Positions 21,929 to 25,213 of a DNA stretch of 25,213 nt are shown here, one piece after another. Source of the DNA: Bugula neritina. Taxonomy: Eukaryota > Animalia > Bryozoa. The stretch covers positions 47,446-72,658 of the forward strand of contig CAXIUT010000012.1 of assembly GCA_964035545.1 (NCBI GenBank), given 5' to 3'. Made by a program: the position numbers and the translations under genes. Each line of letters opens with the position of its first letter. Position 1 is the stretch's first letter. The notes under the pieces are model-generated. The model ran no database searches and was not told where the DNA came from. It saw nothing but the letters and a program-made list of their open reading frames with translations.

Positions 21929-22044
21929 AATTGACGCATCTATATTTATAACTTAAGTATTAAGCTATTTTTGATAACTGATTACCCGATTTATTGCTTG
22001 ATTATATACTATTCTAAATTTCTTCCAAAAATAGATAAATTTAG

Positions 22045-22365
22045 ATGAACTTATTGGTCTCAAAAAGAAACTAGGTCCTCAAAACAACCAAAAGCCATAA
22101 GATATTGTTCAAATATATTCCTGAAAACCCAAAACTAAAGAAAAGACCTAAAGCAGTTCGATATTCAAACAACGCCAACATGGAAGGACTTCCTCAAATG
22201 TCAAACAAATCATTTAGATCAATGCCAACTACCCTTGAAATAGCCATTCATCAGCCTTAAAAAATATAGAGATAACAATAGTAAACAAAGCCTAAGAGGT
22301 ATAAGGTATTTTTGACTCCCATAAATCACCAATATAACCTGCCAAGTGAACACCAAATAAAATGA
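22045..22365 (+). CDS. Small basic hypothetical protein (106 aa)
   Basis: ATG-to-TGA frame filling the gap before a convergent gene; no motif support. Confidence 0.45.
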
Positions 22366-22462
22366 TTTTTACAACTACTACATTATCAATAATTTAGATC
22401 TATATCGAGGGATATTTCAACTGATAGACTAATATTAGTATTCTTATAAATAAAGTAATCAA

Positions 22463-23273
22463 TCATTCAAACTATATTCTATCTTCTTTCTACAAATAAG
22501 AATTCACAAACTATCTTTCCATCCCAGAAAACTACTCATATCTATCACCAAGCTGACTCTTAAAAGTTGGCATGAACTACTAGTCCTCCCTCTACGACCC
22601 GATCAACTCACTATTTATATACCCAAATACCCTCAACACTCCAAATATATCAAACCTGAAAAACAAAATAGAATATTTCGATGACTTCAACCAGCTCTTC
22701 ATCAACCACTTATCACAATTAGTCAACTTTTTTAACTAGTTACGTCTTATACCTATCCCCTCCAGCACTAAGAAACTAGCCTACATCAAGAATCAATTAC
22801 CTTCTAGTAGGCTTCTTCCATCTACTACTACTAGCAACTGGCATCAAAAACTATCAAAAAAAAACTACCACGCTTACGACTAAACTCACCGAAAAATGTA
22901 TTATCCCTCTCCTCATCCACCTGCAACTACTATATCTCCAACTCCTATACCTATCCTCTCAACTTACTAGGAACTACTTTAATACATTAATACTTATCTC
23001 TTTCCAAATCTCCTGAAAAATGTACTGTAAATAGCTACATCCTTTTTGTAAAGTTTGTTGGATATTAGCTATAAGAGATTTTCTTTTTTTTTTACTCTGA
23101 TAAACTCCATACTCATTGATCAATTCCTGTTATGTGGCACTACGCTAGAACTTAACGAAATGACTGGCTAGGGATGTTAATTTATTGACTAGTGGTTCAG
23201 GACTGGTGGTATTCAACTCAAGAGGAGGTTATTGCAGCATTACTTAAATGTAATTATACTCCTTATTAGTCAT
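22463..23273 (-). CDS. Hypothetical protein (256 aa)
   Basis: Two 20-nt GT-AG introns (22974-22993, 22781-22800) give one continuous frame from MTNKEYNYIE to EDRIEFE*; Glu-codon strand bias supports the minus strand. Confidence 0.72.
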
Positions 23274-23458
23274 CGCCAGATAAATAACGATATCATTGTT
23301 ATAAACGATCAATCATCTAAAATAAACCAAAGATCAATAGATTGGAATAAGTAAAATGATCAATAGATTTAGAGAATATAAACAAAAGATCAATGAATAT
23401 AAACAAAAGATCAATGAATAGATTATTGATGAGAGGGATGTGAAATAGTTATAAAAGA

Positions 23459-24375
23459 TCAATGAGTTTTCAACTTGAAATGTCTCACTTTTGCCCGATA
23501 GATTTGATTCTCCAACATCCAGCCAACAGTAGGTTCGGATAAAAACAGCCAACTCAATATCAACAAATAAACAAAAAACGGAACAAATGTCCTCATATTC
23601 TACAAAAACGATACCTACTATAAGTACCCTTTAGCCACCACTGCAAATCTTCCCTCATAAACGACTCCACCAGATGTACCATAGCTGATTTAAGATCCAC
23701 CAATAGCAGTGTTGAGTGTGATATTTTTATTTTTAGAATAGCTAGAATGGATATCAACCATCGATAGACTTTGAGAACCATTTACATAGTATGATTACCA
23801 CTAGCCAGAAGATACTGAACTCTGAGGCAGCGCGTATATCAGATTAGCCTCAATTGTGCCCCACTACTTCACTGCTGATAGTGATAAGGCACTATTAGCT
23901 GTATTTCGATAAAATGATAAAGGCAGCACAGCTATAGTTGGCATTTTATCCTAAATTTAAAAAGGATGTACTTAAAGAATCACTTTGAAGTATAGTTGCA
24001 TTGAGCACGCTGACACATTAGCAGGTATGACTCTAGCCGATACAATTAGTTATTTTATATCACCACCAGCAGATAAGAAGACTTGATAATTTTTACTACT
24101 CAATTAGTTACTAAAAGAACTATCATAAATTGAATTTCCATCTGACAGTAGACAAGTCATTTGATAGTTCTAGTAAGTGAGTAGAGGTTGGATTAGTCTC
24201 TAGTGGTATGTATTCCATGAATCTGAGTGAGGGATAGAGTACAGCCAATGGAGATAAGGATGAGGATGGGAGTGATGACAGCGAAAAGGCAGCAGAGGAT
24301 GGATAGAAACCAACTTCTAGAAAAAGTGCCTGCATAATATTCTTTTTCAATTGGTTCTTTAAGTAATGTCCACAT
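23459..24375 (-). CDS. TMEM231: TMEM231-like ciliary transition-zone membrane protein
   Basis: 20-nt intron at 24223-24242, with a possible 21-nt intron at 23951-23971. N-terminal EPIEKEYYAGTFSRS + TM + WNTYHERLIQP and C-terminal SFLEN...TM...LENQIY follow the two-TM TMEM231 layout; divergent. Confidence 0.65.
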
Positions 24376-24469
24376 TAATTATTCAAATATTATTTCCTTC
24401 TAACTTATATCAACCTTCATTACTCACAAAGATTGATATTCAATAACTATTTATCAATATGATCAATAA

Positions 24470-24612
24470 TAGATGGAGGTATTTAGCAATGATAGATGGA
24501 AATATTTAGTAATGATAGATGAGATATTTAGCAATGATAGATGAGGTATTATTAATGATAGATGAGGTATTATTAATGATAGATGAGGTATTAATAATGA
24601 TAGATGAGATAT
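24470..24612. repeat. About 20-21-nt tandem repeat directly downstream of the ML-domain gene stop
   Basis: AATGATAGATGAGGTATTATT-like units, about 7 copies. Confidence 0.85.
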
Positions 24613-24622
24613 TTGATGGAGA

Positions 24623-25071
24623 TCAAAGTTTGAATCCGAAATTGAGACATCCATTATTGGCATCTCCACTTTTGAATTGCAGAGTCAGTGAGTAACTTCC
24701 AGAAGGGGCAAAACCGGGAATATCATTAGCAAACTTGAACTGAACAGTATCTCCAGCTGAATAGGATTTAGCAAAAGGAATGCTTTCAGAATGAATGGGG
24801 ACATTGTTCAACTTAACAGATAAAGCGACATTAGTAAAAGCAATATCATCGTTAGCTGTTCCAGTCTGAATAAATATATATTTACCACTGTAATGTCGCT
24901 TTTGACGTTTTTAGCAGGAGCATTGTTAATACTCATACTTTCAATATCCCACTTGCCGTCTCCACAAAGAGTAAAAGGCCAAGGAATATCTCTCACACTG
25001 TCCTTCTTGAACACATTGATCTTAAAGGTACTCAAGCACGCCAACAGCAACAAAAGAACAAAACACCTCAT
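24623..25071 (-). CDS. Secreted ML-domain (NPC2/MD-2-related lipid-binding) protein, about 142 aa
   Basis: Signal peptide MRCFVLLLLLACLS; 20-nt intron at 24866-24885; FTLCG...IPGFAPSGSYSLTLQF...GCLNFGFKL*. Alternative start at 25077. Confidence 0.82.
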
Positions 25072-25137
25072 TATCATCAATAATATTATTAATAGATTTA
25101 ATATTCATATAAAGCATCCAATAAGATATTATGCCAC

Positions 25138-25213
25138 TGGGGTTGGGGTTGGGGTTGGGGTTGGGGTTGGGGTTGGGGTTGGGGTTGGGGTTGGGGTTGG
25201 GGTTGGGGTTGGG
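25138..25213 (-). repeat. Right terminal telomere, (TTGGGG)n
   Basis: Perfect T2G4 repeats to the last base, ending TTGGG. Confidence 0.98.

Noticed and set aside
21641-21956. ORF-track His/Ser-rich repeat peptides; CRISPR-like appearance of the repeat arrays
   Set aside because: These are head-to-tail minisatellites without unique spacers, in a eukaryotic 3' region; no cas genes are present.
22572-23396. Long TGA-free plus-strand frame (about 275 codons)
   Set aside because: It is antisense to an intron-supported minus-strand gene; with only one stop codon, long shadow ORFs arise easily.

Overview
This 25.2 kb window is a complete telomere-to-telomere ciliate macronuclear-type chromosome, with (C4A2)n at the left end and (T2G4)n at the right. 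It is densely packed with about 24 protein-coding loci. The supplied ORF track is largely misleading. Conserved residues in RPS6, UBC13, ADA2, RIB43A and EF-hand proteins show that TAA and TAG encode Glu (peritrich-type nuclear code, NCBI table 30), TGA is the only stop, and genes are split by tiny GT-AG introns that are almost all exactly 20 nt. Recognisable genes are UBC13, an AK8-like adenylate kinase, a Ser/Thr kinase, ADA2, a PHD-DDT-WHIM-PHD chromatin protein, two spasmin/ICL-type centrins, short RIB43A, RPLP2, RPS6, TOM40, a Qa-syntaxin, an ING-like PHD protein, two tandem stand-alone SNase/thermonucleases (one disrupted), a TMEM231-like gene and an ML/NPC2-domain gene. The most unusual signal is three internal C4A2 tracts with the same orientation, similar length and the same CCCAA starting register as the true ends. 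Two of them sit in frame inside otherwise continuous coding sequences; they are either alternative telomere-addition sites merged by the assembler or real telomere-capped breaks that were rejoined. Other signals are a strict TGA-pyrimidine stop context, apparent intronization of exon sequence, and a shared C-terminal [LI]xPWE motif in three orphan proteins. All gene models were translated by hand and family assignments come from recalled motifs, not database searches.
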